This document shows, one piece after another, positions 48,900 to 61,885 of a DNA stretch of 64,000 nucleotides; the stretch's first letter is position 1, and each line of letters begins with the position of its first letter. Source of the stretch: Vicugna vicugna (Eukaryota); NCBI GenBank assembly GCA_013265495.1, contig MU058054.1, positions 124,001 to 188,000 of the forward strand, written 5' to 3'. The translations under genes were made by a program, and so were the position numbers. The notes beneath the pieces were generated by a model, which worked only from the letters and a program-made list of their open reading frames with translations, ran no database searches and was not told the DNA's origin.

Positions 48900-49070
48900 T
48901 TTTCAAATGTTTTTTCCCTTTTCTATTTTTACTTTTGTTGCTGTTTTGTTGAGGGGAGGTAATTGGATTTATTTATTTATTTAATTTTAGCGGAGGTACT
49001 GGGAAGTGAACCCAGGACCTTGTGCATGCCAAGAATTGCACTCTACCAGTTGACCTACACTTTTCCCTCT
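48900..49070 (-). mobile_element. vic-1-like SINE
   Basis: ggaggtactgggaagtgaacccaggaccttgtgcatgc..cactctacca. Confidence 0.8.
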
Positions 49071-49849
49071 CCACCTATTTATTTTTAATCTATATGTGTC
49101 TTTATATTTAAAATGGGCTTCTTGTAAACAATACATAGTTGAGTCATGTTACTTGATCCACCTACAAAACATCTTTCTTTTATTTGGCACATTTACACCA
49201 GTGACCTTCAAAGTGATTATTGATGGAGTTGGATTAATGGCTACCATATTTTTTACTGGTTTTCTACTTGTTGCCTTTGTTCTTTGTCCCTTGTTTTGTC
49301 TTCCACTCTTTCTGCCTTTTGTGGTTTTGACTAAGTATTCTCTATGATTTCATTTTCTCCACTTTCTTAACCTTTTTTTTTTTTTAGTGGTTTCCCTACA
49401 GTTTGCAATCTACATTTACAACTAGTCTAAGTCCACTTTCAAATAATCCTATACCCCTTTACAGGTAGTATGAGTACCTTATAATAGCAAAATATCCTCC
49501 TTCATCCTGTTCCTTGTATCACTACTGCTGATGTTTCACTTATATATAAGCATACATACATATATATGATATATACATAAGCACCATAATCAAATACATT
49601 TTTGCCATTGTCACTTTGAGCAAACTATTATCTGTGTTATCAATTAAGAATAAGATAAATAAGTTTTATTTTACCTTCACTTATTCCCTTTCAACGCTCT
49701 TTTTAAACGTAGATCTTTTTTTAAAAGTTTTTTTTCTTTAATCTGCAAATCTCGAACTCCCAGTTTATCCCTTCCCACCTGCCTCCCCCCTGACAACCAC
49801 AAGTCTGTATTCTATGTCTGTGAGTCTGTTTCTGTAGGGCTTTGACCTA

Positions 49850-50193
49850 CAATTGGCCCTCCACATCCATGAGTTTCATATCTGTGGAATCAACCAACCT
49901 CAAATTAAAGCTCTGGGGAGAAAATCCAGAAAATTTCAAAAAGCAAAACTTGAATTTGCCATATCCTGGCAACTATTTACATAGAATTTACATGTATTTA
50001 CAACTATTTACATAGCATTTACATTGTATTTGGTATTATAAGTAATCTAGAGATGATTTAAAGTACTCAGGAGGACGTGCATAAGTTATATGCAAATACA
50101 ATGCCATTTATAAAAGGGACTTGAGCAACCATGGGTTTTGGTATCCGTGGGAGGTCACGGAACCAGTCCCCTGCAGATACCAAGGGACCACTG
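49850..50193. mobile_element. MER2/Tigger3-type TcMar element
   Basis: Preceded by TA; termini caattggccctccacatcc / gataccaagggaccactg; internal aagtaatctagagatgatttaaagta. Confidence 0.85.
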
Positions 50194-50544
50194 TGTATTA
50201 TTTTCCTTTTCTCTAAAGAACTTCTTTTAAAATTTCTTGCAAGGCAGTTCTACTGGCAACATATTCCCTCAATTTTTGTTTATCTGAGAAAAAAATTTTT
50301 TTTATTTTTCCTTCACTTTTGAAGGATAATTTTGGAGAGTACAGAATTCTAGGTGGCTGGGGTTTTTCCCTCCCCACACTTTATTCTTGCTTACATGGTT
50401 TCTGAGGAGAAGCTGCATGTCATTCTTATCTTTTTTCCCCTCTATAGATAAGGAGTCTTTTTCTTCTGGCTTTGTTCAGGGTTTTTTCTTTATCTTGAAT
50501 GTTCTGTAATTTGAAAATACTATGCTAAAACATTCTATTTTATT

Positions 50545-50737
50545 TGTATTTTTAAATTTAATTTAATTTTTATTTTATTTAGTTATAGTCCATTTACAAT
50601 GTTGTGTCAAATCCTGGTATAGAGCACAATTTTTCAGTCATATGTGAACATACATATATTCATTGTCACATTCTTTTTCACCATGAGCTACCACAAGATC
50701 TTGTATATATTTCCCTGTGCTGTACAGTATAAACTTG
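50545..50737 (-). mobile_element. Lineage-specific L1 3' end
   Basis: agttatagtccatttacaatgttgtgtcaa..tatatttccctgtgctgtacagtataaacttg. Confidence 0.85.
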
Positions 50738-52559
50738 AAGACATTGTTTTTTAAATGCTTATCTTGCTTAGTGCTCTCTGAGTTTCCTGAATCTGTGATT
50801 TGGTATCTGACATTAATTTGAGAAAATGCTCGGTCATTATTGTTATAAATATTTCTTCTGCTCTTTCTCGAGGTATCCCCATTACACGTGTGTTATACCT
50901 TCTATAGTTGCCCCACACACCTTGAATAATCTGTTATTTTTTTTCTCCCGATCTGTATTCTCTCTGCTTTATGGGATTTGAGGATTCTATTGAGACATTC
51001 TCAGGCACAAACATTCCTTCCTCAGCCATGGCCAGTCTACTCATGAGCCTGTCAAACACATTCTTCATTTCTGTTACAAGTTTTTTTTTTTTTTTTAACT
51101 CTAGCATTTCCTTTGGTTCTTTCTCAGGATTTCCATCTCTCTGTTTACATTGCCCATCTGTTCTTACATGCTGTCTACTTCTAGCCATTAGAGCCCTTAG
51201 CGTATTAATCAGAGTTATTTTAAACTCCCAGTCTGATCATTCCAGCATCCCTGCCATGTCTGATGCTTGCTTTGTCTTGTCAAACTGGTTTTGTTTTGGG
51301 GATTTGGGTTTTTGTTTTGTTTTGTTTTGCCTTTTTGATATGATTTGTAATTTTTTAATAGTCAGACATAATGTACCAGGTAAAAGGAACTACTTTATGA
51401 ATCATTAAATAAAATTATTTTTAAAATTACAGTATAATGTACTCTGTACAAGGAAAAAGCAATAGAAAAAAGACTGAAAGGAAATGTATAACAGTGTTGA
51501 ACAATGGTTGCACTGGGTAACATATTTATGGGTGATTTTGTTTTCTTTCTTTTTTTTTTCTGTACTTTGCAAATTCTCTGGAATAGCCATGTGTTACTTT
51601 ATAATTAGCCATGAAAAATGGAAAATAAAAATAAAGAGCCTTTTTAAAAACTCACTGTCAAACTCAGTCTTTAAAGAGGAGTGTGCTTACTCCCCTTCCC
51701 CCTAAAGGAGCCCCTGACATTTAGAAACAGTATAAAACAGCCTGAAGCACCATTTAATCCTATTACTCTTCTGGACCTCTCATAAATCAGGGGATGATCC
51801 CCTGGCTCTTTAAAATAATTCTCTCAAGGTCATGGGGCTTGTATGTAACAAAGGGGGATGAAACACCCAGGCCAGTGCTCCTCCCCCTGCGCCATCTGGC
51901 ACCTCAGAGTTTCGTCAGAGGCAGCTTAAGCTAGCCAAAGAGCCAAATGTTCAAATTCATCTTCTTTCTAAGGCAATATTATTCCTTCTTAGGATCGCTC
52001 CACTAACAAGCCATTGCCCCCTCTCTGAGCCTCAGTTTTCTTCCTCTGTAAAATGACAAGGGTTGCGATGTCCTGGCCGATCTAGAAATTTGACGTTCCA
52101 AGACAACCTGTGCCCCCTGTTCCCTCTTCCGTTACCTGCAAGGCTTCTGCTTCTTTATGCTGGCTCTGTCGTGGTCCTGGCGACACCATGTGCCACCCTG
52201 GTTCTGCCACGAACTCATTTATTGGGTATCTTTGAGGAAGTCAGCAGCCCTCTGGGGACATCACTTTTCCCATCTGTACCCTCAGAGTTTGGGCCCAGAC
52301 CGGAGATTTTCACATCCTGGGTGTTGCAACCCTAGAGTCCTGGGGAGGGTGGGTGAACAGCTCCTTGTATGTTTGATTTGCATACTGGGGTTCTGGGTTA
52401 GATTTCCTTTGAATCAAGGATCTGTTGCTACAAACCTGCTTGAAAACTACTGAGCCAGGAGACTGTGTTCTATTTCTCCACAAACGGCAGAACACTGGGT
52501 ACCAGGGTGCAAGAACGGGGAAGACTCGGCTTCCCTGTAGGGGCTGAGCTATTGGGAGA

Positions 52560-53130
52560 AGCGGAGATGCGTGTTACTAGAAGGTGCTAAGATCTGAGCC
52601 GCCGGGATGAACTCAGCCCGCTCACTTCCCCCTCATCCTCCCTCCCCCTCCCCGTCACCTAGGCAACCGGGCGGGGCTCTGGGCCAGTGGTTCCTCCTTC
52701 CACTCGCTCCCCACCTACTCAAACTCCAGGGCGCATTGCCACCCCTCGGTCTTGTCTAAGAGCTTCTCTGGGTCTAAAGATGTGATTCCCACTGTTACGG
52801 CTGCCTTTTTGTGAGGATGAAAACCAGATTCCAAGCGGAGGCCCCTAACCCCTAAAATAATCCTGGTTTGCATGCTGAATTTGCCTGCTTTCACGGAAGG
52901 CGTGTTGCAGGCAAAGGTCTGACTTTGCCAGGGCAGTGTCTGCACAGATCTGGGAAGCCTGAGACCCGGGCCCTCTCACTGGTGCTCCGGAAGACCAGGG
53001 TCGCCAGGGAGCGGTGGGGAGTAGAGGCGGTGGATGTCCCCCGCCGTTCTCTGCTCCAGCTGGGAAGTCGGGATAAAGGGTCCTGGGGTTTCATTTATTG
53101 AGAGTTATCTCGGTGACCGGCAGCCAGAGC
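52560..53130. promoter_or_regulatory. Candidate promoter/enhancer with RFX X-boxes and a GC box
   Basis: GTCACC-TA-GGCAAC at 52654-52667, GGGCGGGG at 52669-52676, second X-box-like GTTATCTCGGTGAC at 53104-53117; locally raised CpG; no repeat recognised. Confidence 0.5.
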
Positions 53131-53439
53131 TGAGGGCCAGGTAGGGGTGGGAGTCCAGCTGAGCTCGTGATAATGGTTAAAGGAGGCCAATGGGAGGTAG
53201 AGACTGGGGAGTTGGAAGGGATGGACTGGAGGCTTTGTAGAAGGAACTCGCTGGAATCTGCGTCTGCAAATTACACTGCAAAGTCCCAGGTTCAGTTAGG
53301 AGGGAGTGGAGACCTAAACTGGGTGTAACCTCAGCCATAAGAGGCAGTAGAACCCAGGGCAAGTGCCAGCTACTTGGTTTCTTCAACAATTAAATGGGGA
53401 TTAAAGAAGGTGTGTGGACTAGAGCAAAGGTCACATATT

Positions 53440-55890
53440 AATAGCAATTAGAGCTAATAAACAAATCCAGCAAAGTTGCAGGGTACCAGATCAATACACA
53501 AAAATCGGTTGTATTTCTACACTAGCATTTAACAACCAGAAACGGAAATGAAGAAAATAATGCCATTTATAATAGCATCGAAAAGAATAAAATAAAAGGG
53601 TATGTCAGAACTCTTACTTTCTGTTCATTTTTTTCTGTAAACCTAAATGTCCCTCCAAAGTCCATTAATTAAAAAAAAAATGAAATATTTAGGAATAAAT
53701 TTAACCAAGGAGATACAAGACTTATGCTGAAAATATTGCTGAAAAAATATAAGAAAGATCTAAATAAATGGAAAAACATTCTGGGTTCATGGCTTCAAAA
53801 TTTTAATACTGTTAAAATGGTAATACTACGCAAAGCAGTCTACAGAGGCAATGCCATCCCTTTCAAAATCCCAAAGGCTTTTTTTGCAGAAATAGACAAG
53901 ATGATCCTAAAATTCATATAGCATCGCAAGGGTCTGCAAAGAGCCAAAACAGTCTAGAAAAAGAACTAAGTTGGGAGGCTCACTTTTCCTGATTTTAAAA
54001 TCTACTATGAAGCCACAGTAAATCAAGCCAGTGTGGAACTGGCATAAAAATAGAAATATAGCTCAATGGAATAGAATTGAGGGTCCAGGAATGAATCCTT
54101 ATATTTTTGGTCAATTGATTTGCAACAAGTGTGAAGACCACTCAGTGGGGAAAGAGTCTCTTCAACAAATCGTGGTGGGAAAACTGAATATCTACTTGCA
54201 AAAAATGAAGTTTGAATCCTACCTCACACCATATTAAACAGTTAACTCAAAATGAATCAAAGACCTAAAGGGAGGAGCTAAAACCATAAAACTCTTAGGA
54301 GAGCACATAGGGGCAAATGTCCATGACTTCAAGTTTGGCAATGTTTTTTTATTAAAAAAAAACACACACCAAAAACACAAGGAACAAAAGAAGAAAATGG
54401 ATGAATTGGACTTTATCAACATTATCCTTTCAAGATGGCGGAGTAGAAGGAGTTGGAGCTCACTTCCTCTCACAGACACACCAAGACCACGACTAACTGC
54501 AGAACAACTAGTGAGAAAAAAGACTGGAAACTACCAGAAAGGATCTTCTGTAGCTAAAATCTTCAAGAAGAAACCACGACAAGACTGGGAGGAGGGGCGG
54601 ACTCGCAATATAATCGGGTCCCATTTCCCCCCACCGGGTGGAGGCCACAAACTGGAGAATAATTATATTGTAGAGAGTCTCCTATGGGAGTTAGAGTTCT
54701 GAGTCCCATATCAGGCTCCCCAGCCCTGGGGTCTGGCACCGGGAAGAGCAGTCCTCAGAGTGTTGGCCTTTGAAGGCCAGCAGGGCTTAACTACAGGAGC
54801 TCGGCAGGACTGGGGCAATCAGAGACTCTACGCTTAAAGGTTGCACAGAAAAATCTCATGCTTGCTGACTTAAAGGACAAAAGCAGTAATTTCATAGGAG
54901 CCTGGGATGGACTTTATCAACATTAAAAACGTTCATGCATCAAAAGACACTATCAAGAGAGTGCAATGACAGCCCACAGAATGAGACAAAATATTTGCAA
55001 ATCATGTATTTGAAAGGAACTTGTTTCAAGAATATGTTAAAAACTCCTACAACTCATCATTTAAAAATGGGCAGAGGACTTGGATAGACATTCCTCTAAA
55101 GGAAATATTCAGTGGCCAATAAGAACATGGAAAGATGCTCAGTATCATTAGTCATTAGGAAATGCAAATCAAAACCACAATAAGATACCAGTTCATACCC
55201 ACTAGGAGAACTAGAATTTTTTTAAAATAGAAAGTAACAAGTACTGGTAAGGATTTGGAAAAATCAGAACACTCATATATTGCTGGTGCAAATGTAAAAT
55301 GGTGCAGGCACTATGGAAAACACTTTGGCAGTTCCTTAGTAACTTAAACATATGATCTCGCTCTTCCTCTCCTGGGTATATACCCGAAAGAATTAAAAAT
55401 ATGTGTTCAAACAAAAACTTGTACAAAACTGATTATAGAAGTACTGTTCACAATAAACAAAATGTAGAAACAATTCAGATGTCTCTCAACTGATAAATGG
55501 AGAAACAAAATGTGGTATGTCCATACAATGGAATATTATTCAGCCATAAAAAGGAATGATGCACTGATACATGCTACATCATGGGTGAACCCGGAACACA
55601 CTGTACTAAGTGAAAGAAGCCAGACATGAAAGGCCATGTGTTGTATGATATCATTTATATGAAATGTCCAGAATAGGCAAATCTATAGACACAGAAAGTA
55701 GATTAGTAGTTGCCATGGGCTAGGGAGAGAGATTAATGGAGGGTGATGGCTTAATGGGTATGAGGTCTCCTGTTGGGGTAATGAGAATGTTCTGGGTCTA
55801 AATAGTGGTGAATATCATACAACATTGTGAAGGTTCTAACTGTTGCTAATGGTAAATTTTACGTTTATGTGTATTTTACCACAATAATAA
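53440..55890 (+). mobile_element. L1 (L1MB/MA-type) ORF2 3' half to 3' UTR, interrupted
   Basis: KDLNKWKNILGSW..NTVKMVIL..NAIPFKIPKAFFAEIDKMILKFI; WNWHKNRNIAQWNRIE; 3' UTR ending tattttaccacaataataaaa. Confidence 0.9.
54425..54907 (+). mobile_element. L1 5' UTR fragment between 18-bp direct repeats
   Basis: Begins caagatggcggagtagaaggagttggagctcac (YY1 motif at an L1 5' terminus); flanked by tggactttatcaacatta at 54407-54424 and 54908-54925. Confidence 0.75.
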
Positions 55891-56354
55891 AATGTTGGTT
55901 GAATTATTTTCCAAAAGAAAGTGAATTCCCTACAATTTTTGCTCATCTCTCCATAATCAACCAAACACACTTGTTCTAACAGCAAAACTATGTTGTTCAA
56001 GTACGAGCCTCTGCAGAAACTCTATATCTGAAACAGATAAAAGTGGAGGTCCTGGGGCAGGGGGTTTCTGTGCCCCTTTTTACTCATATGAAAGTCCTTA
56101 AGTGACTAAGTAGTGTCACGGAAGCCGTCTCGCCCTGATCTCCTGAGTTGGAGGTGCTTAGTGAATTCGTGTTGAAGGACTACTCTGCCAAGACCACCAG
56201 AATCGAAGGGTCCTGAATTGGTGGCCATGCCAGAGTTCCAGCTCTAGTCTACGTCCACTGTGGAGTTCTGGCCAGAGCCTGCTGAGCTCAGCACTGGATG
56301 GCATTCTTTGAAAGACGACACAATGAACCCGTAGCAGGGTGCTAGGGAGGAGAG

Positions 56355-56575
56355 GTAGGTGTGGTGCTTAGGAGCTGGGGGCTCTAGACAATGTGCCTGG
56401 CTTTGATTCCCGCATCCATTCTTACTAGCTGCTTCCTGGAAGTTAAGTTCTCAAACTACTCATCAGGGATTAATATTACTACATATGACATAGTGATGTC
56501 ACGAGGATTAAATGCATTAATTGGAGTGCTTAGGACAATGCCTGGCATATAGAAAGCCCTCGATAATTAATCTGA
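56355..56575 (+). mobile_element. MIR SINE
   Basis: gtgtggtgcttaggagc..cttactagctg..gaggattaaatg..gtgcttaggacaatgcctggcatatag. Confidence 0.8.
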
Positions 56576-56782
56576 TTTGTATCCCAGAATTACAGTGGTC
56601 CTTTTCATCATACGATTCAATTCAGTCAACCCTATGGTGACTGAGAATCGCTCACCGAGGAGGGTCCAGGAGATGACTTTGGACCATCACTTGCCCTTCA
56701 TCCTAGTTTGTCCTACAGTACACATGGCTGTGGCAAACGGGGGTTTTCTTTCCAAAATGTCTGCATAATTTGGTTGTCTTGC

Positions 56783-57066
56783 GTGTATTTCAAACTGTTG
56801 GTCTTAACCCACTGGCATTGAAGTCAACTGAGTGAGTTGTGAGCAGATACAAACATTCCAACACATGAAAAAGAAAAGAATGGCAAACAATCAGAGTGCA
56901 GCGTAGATAATCAGGGTAAATACTAATTATTGTTTGTTGAAACTTCGGCTTCTGTTTACGCGTGTGTGCGCGCACACGTCCGTGTGCTAGTGAGCACCTA
57001 TGTATGGGCTGTGATATAACATGTATTTCCTGGTGAGGGTCGAAGGCCATGACCTGGTAACACCCA
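56783..57066. mobile_element. hAT-Charlie non-autonomous element (subfamily uncertain)
   Basis: ttcaaactgttggtc..atcagagtgca..agggtaaata..atgtatttcct.gtgagggtcg. Confidence 0.55.
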
Positions 57067-58619
57067 GGGGCTTTCTGAAGGTCCCTGAGCTGAGCGGAGG
57101 AGGGCTGTCTGCCCTAGGAAAGCAGACCTGATCTGGCCGGCAGGACTGAGTGATCTCAGGCAATGTGCCCGTCCCCCAGCAGAGCTGGGACAGTGGCCTG
57201 CCCTGGGGACTGGAGGCAAGGAGGAGGGAAGACTCTTCAACTGGGAGGTGGGGAGATTCAAAAGGTGGGACAGGTGCCCTGATACTTGAATCAAGTCCAC
57301 AGAACTTGGAAGACTTCAGTCCCCCTCCTCCACCCCCCAACATAAACACACACCAGGATCATTTAAGCACAAACCAAGAGCCTGGGTCTCAGGCGCTTGG
57401 CTGTCTCTTTCATTGCATTTTGTATTTTCTGGGCTATCTTATTCCCCAGGGTTGTTTTGTGGCTCCAGAAGCCCCCTTCTTCCTCGGCCTTTTAAATGAC
57501 CCATGCAGACTCATTTCAGGCTCTCCTGCTGTCTTACCCCCTCCTTTCTCAGATGTCACTGGCTTCCTTGTTCCAGTTCCTCCTGGCATGGCAGCTTTGA
57601 CCCTGCACAGACTCCTCCTCCCCCATCCCAGCATGGAAGCCTAGCCTCCGCCAACCCCACCCCACATATACAAACTTAGACTCACCACAGGTTTGGAGTC
57701 ATTGTCAAGGCCCGGGCAAGGGCTGCCAGCTTTGTGCAAGGGGGCTTCTGGGAATTTCCCAGCGGGGCTGCATCCTGAGAAAGAGGTGGCCGGAGTTGGT
57801 AGTGTTGTTGAAATTGTGGGCAGTTGACAACCTGGACTACTGTTGGGTATCACTTCATTCCAATTACTTAATAATTAAGTGGGTGGGAGTTAAAGTTGCC
57901 CTCTAGTGTTTGGGACATCTCACCCCCTACCCTCACTCACCCTCACCTGGGTCTCCTGGGAGCATGGCCATTCTATGTAGCTGGGACATCAAAAGCCAAG
58001 AGGAGGGGGACTTGACCTCAGCTGGGGAAGGATGCGTTGAGACCCAGTTTTCAAGGACTGTTCATGTGCTTTAAAGGGGCTTCATCACATTACAGGCTTT
58101 AAATCCCATCTTTATGACAACCTGGGTTATCGCCAGTGTTAACCACACCTTTGCTTTGTGTTTTCTATAAGCCATGACCACAGCCAGAATCTGTGGACCA
58201 GTCATATATCATCTCTATAAGTTCCATCTTCTTTACCTGCCAAGTGGTTCTAATAGAACCTTTCATAGGGGATTGGGAGGCTAAAATAAACATATAACAA
58301 TTCCCTAGTTTAGTGCCTAAAGCAAAACACACATCACAGATCGCTCAGTTACCACAAGCATCATTCCAATAGCACATTTTATCATTGATACCACATTGTA
58401 TAATCTGGTTGAAAATTTGTCAAAACACGTAAAGCAAAAACCACCCACAGCCCATCTATACTTAAAAAGAAAGAGCTGTACAAAGGCCTCACCAGACCCC
58501 TCTGCCCACTTCCCAGATTAACAATTTGCTGTGTTTCTTTCTTTATTTATCTCTTCACGTTTAACTGGACCTACCCATTGGCCACTCTCTGTTTCTCTCT
58601 CTCTCCATGCTTTATTTAT

Positions 58620-59075
58620 CTATTTAATTTTTTTTGCTTGCGTTTTTCACTTAATATATCATGAACACTGTATAAGTACAGCTGTTGTCTTACTGGGTGT
58701 TACCTGTCTTTTTAGTTTTTTCCAATTTGATGGGCACAAAGTAGCACCTCATTGTTTCAGGTTTTGCATTTCCTTGCTCAAGCATCATTTTATGTGTTCT
58801 GGAGGTTTGCATTTTCGCCTCTATGAACTGCTGGTTCAAACCTTACCCTAATTTTTCTCTTGGGCCTTTTTATATTTTTCTTATTAAATTGTGGAGTGCT
58901 CTTTGTATAGGAAGGACATTTACCTTTTGTCTGTTACATGTGCTGCAAATATTTTTCCTCCATTCTGCCATTTGTCTTCTGACTTTCTTATGGTTATCTT
59001 TTGTCATTCAGAAGTTTAAAGTGTTTTATGCAATCAAATGTGTTCATTTTTCCTTTACGGCTTCTGGATTTCTTT
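58620..59075 (-). mobile_element. Old L1 ORF2 3' fragment
   Basis: tttttccaatttgatggg..cctcattgttt..tttgcatttcc..tgcaaatatttttcc..cagaagttt. Confidence 0.7.
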
Positions 59076-61064
59076 GGAGCTTGTTTAGCAAGTCTTTCTT
59101 TTCTGGCTTTCTTGGGCCCATTGCTGTGTTCTCCATGCACTCCTGGGGGGCAGCTGGCAATGAATGTCCTCACTGAGGCCCGCTCTGTCCTTTATGCCAG
59201 CACCCTGGGTTTCTTATCTATGAACACAGAGTAATAACGTCTGGTGCTGGGAAATATTACATTGTGTCAGAAGAATAGAGAAAGGCAAGGGTAGAGGAGC
59301 CAAGACAGCCTGAGAAGGCAGTGAAGGAGGTGGGGTGGGAGTTGGTGTAGCTGAAAGGTTGAGAAAACAGAGATGAGGAGGGTGAGGAATTCCATGACCT
59401 TGAACTGAGCGTCTAAAAATCATGCTGGCAGATACTCTGAGTAGGATTTTTAAAGTCCGAGGCATCTTGGCAATGAATTTCGTTTAACTTTTTTCCAAAC
59501 TCATTTCATTCTTTACACGCACTACCTAGTGGCTGGTCCCCACACCTGGGAGGCGATGTTAAGAACCTCCTGTCAGACCCGAAATGCAAGAAAAAGAAAG
59601 TGGAAAATAGGACCTCAGCTCCAAAGTATGTCTCTTCTTGAGTAAATTTTAATAGATATTCCAGGCACCACGGGTCAAATGCTTACATTGAGAAGAAAAA
59701 AATCAAGAAAGTAATGATACTTTGGTTAGCGTAAATCTGAGCTCCTTACCTCCTCAATGAACAGACAAAACAGCCCCGGCCATCGTGCACACGGGCGCAT
59801 TTACCCTGCACCAACTCTCTCTCCTGAAAACAGCCCTGGAGGCAAACAGGACATAGCGTAGCGGGTCATTCGGGATCGCTGCAGCTCTGATGCCTGGAGC
59901 CTTGCCTAGTGGTCCCTGGCACCCACTGCCCCTGACTCTGTGGCTCCACCATCAGAAACAAAGCTGCTCTCTGCCTCTGCTGTTACTGCTCCTACAGCCT
60001 CGCTCCACCTGGGGGCTTCTGCTCACTGCCTTCTCTCCGCACATCTGCCTCCTCCCATCGCCTCCTCGGCACAGGATGCCCTCTTAAGATTCACAACCCA
60101 ATTCTCCAAAAGACAGGGTCTGATTGGTTCAGTTAGTTACTGGGGTCCTTTTGGGGCTGTCTCATTGGCTGCTGGTCAATCTATAGCCAGTGGTTCTTGG
60201 GTTTGTTGCCCATGCCTGCGCCATGGTGGCAGGGTGGCGCGGCCAGCTTTCCTCCAAAGGAGCTCCACGTGGGCATTAAGGCCTCAAGAATCAAATAAGT
60301 TGCTTTCCCATACTGACTCCTTCCAGCAGCACACCTGTTGCCACAAGGCCCGACATCTGGCCATCCAGTGTATAGCAGATGAGAGGCAGATAATATTAAA
60401 GAGGGGAAATGGAAGATGAAAAAGCATTTACAGCCATTAGTCAAACATTATTCATCCACCAACAACTGTCGACATTTCAACATTTAGCCCTTTCTAAGCT
60501 ATAAGATATGGTGTCTTAAAGCCTACAGTGAGGAAATAGGCCCCAAACTGTAATACAGAAAAGTATACTTGAGATGTAAGAACTCAAGAAGCCACCAAAG
60601 GGGGCCACTTAGTGTCACGACAAGCCTTGCGCCCTTCTGTAGTGCGGTCTCCCCCTACTTTATAGCACTGGATCATACTTGAGATTCAGGGTAACACCTG
60701 AGTCATGGAATTGTTAAGCGCGGTTCTAAACACTCTATTCAGTGGTTAAGAACAACTTAGGTCTTTGATTGCTGATCTGGCATCACCTCTTCCTTCCACT
60801 GACAACAGTCAGCTACAGGCCACCTCGGGGAATCTTGGTGCAGACATCAGGCATCACACCCGTACCTGCCAGAGGATTCAGCTTGGGATATTCTGAGCAA
60901 CCATTTCTGGGGAATTTTCTAAACTCAATCTTCGGTCTACGTGGATTGAGAGCAATCTTTCAGATTAGACCATGTATTTCTTTTTTATCTAAAGTTATTA
61001 TTAAAAGCAGCCGTACCTAATACTTTTACAACGTTTCTAAGCTGTATATGTCACTCAGGCCCCC

Positions 61065-61480
61065 TGCAGGGTATCTGTGTGATTTGAGGAGTATTTATAA
61101 ACGGACTATTTGTAAAAGAATGAGGGCAGAGTTTAGGGAAACTGGCACAGGCCAGTGCAGCACCCCGGGGCTAGCAGCAGTGGAAGCAGTTAGCATCTCT
61201 AGGTCTAGAGAGGAGAGGGGAGGAAGTGATGGCCAGTACCAAGCCAGAGGGTGCATATGGAGAGGGTCCCCCCGACAGGAGCTGTGGCCTTAGACAGAGG
61301 CACAAAGCCAACCATGGTGACCTGGCAGAGAGGAAACCAAGGAAGTATATTCCTCTCTTCTCACTGTCCTCTGGCCTTGCTACCTCCAATATTTCCCATT
61401 CACCAAACCCTACTGGAGGCCTGAGTGTAAGAGATATAGGCCCCTGAGGTCAGTCCCCAGGGACACAGAATAGAGGATAC
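61065..61480 (-). mobile_element. ERVL LTR33/LTR41-type LTR
   Basis: ggactattt..gggcagagtttagggaaac..gtgcagcaccccggggctagca..cccattcaccaaaccc. Confidence 0.6.
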
Positions 61481-61706
61481 AGTCTTCACCAAGTTGGACC
61501 AAAGGATCTTCCTTGAATGGATCATCTAAGACATCTATCCAGTGAATAAACAATGCTAGATCTTTCTACATTAAAAAAAAACTGCAGAAAATTTCTGTGA
61601 TAACAGGGCACTAGTTATGATATCAAAAATAGTGCCCCAAACCCAAATGTCCAGCCATGTGAGACTGGCAGCATTAACTGTGTTACAGCCACACAGTTGA
61701 AAATAA

Positions 61707-61885
61707 TTAGCTGCATTGAACTTTCTGCCACAATGGAAATATTCTTCTCTCTCCAGTGTGATAGCCTCCGGCTGCATGTAGCTACTGAGTACTTGAAATG
61801 TGGCTGGTTCTGCCAAGGAATTAATTTTTTCAGTTTTAGTTTAAATGACCACATGTGGCCAGTAGGCTGACTTATTGGACAGTGG
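61707..61885. mobile_element. MER3 (hAT-Charlie)
   Basis: aactttctgccacaatggaaatattct..catgtagctactgagtacttgaaatgtggct..ccacatgtggccagt..tattggacagtg. Confidence 0.85.

Larger units (their letters stand above)
48556..51390 (-). mobile_element. Old L1 (ORF1/inter-ORF region), multiply interrupted
   Basis: The minus ORF 50934-51188 (NPEKEPKEMLELK..VTEMKNVFDRLMSRLAMAEE) resembles the ORF1 coiled coil; cttcacttttgaaggataattt..acagaattctaggt. Confidence 0.8.
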
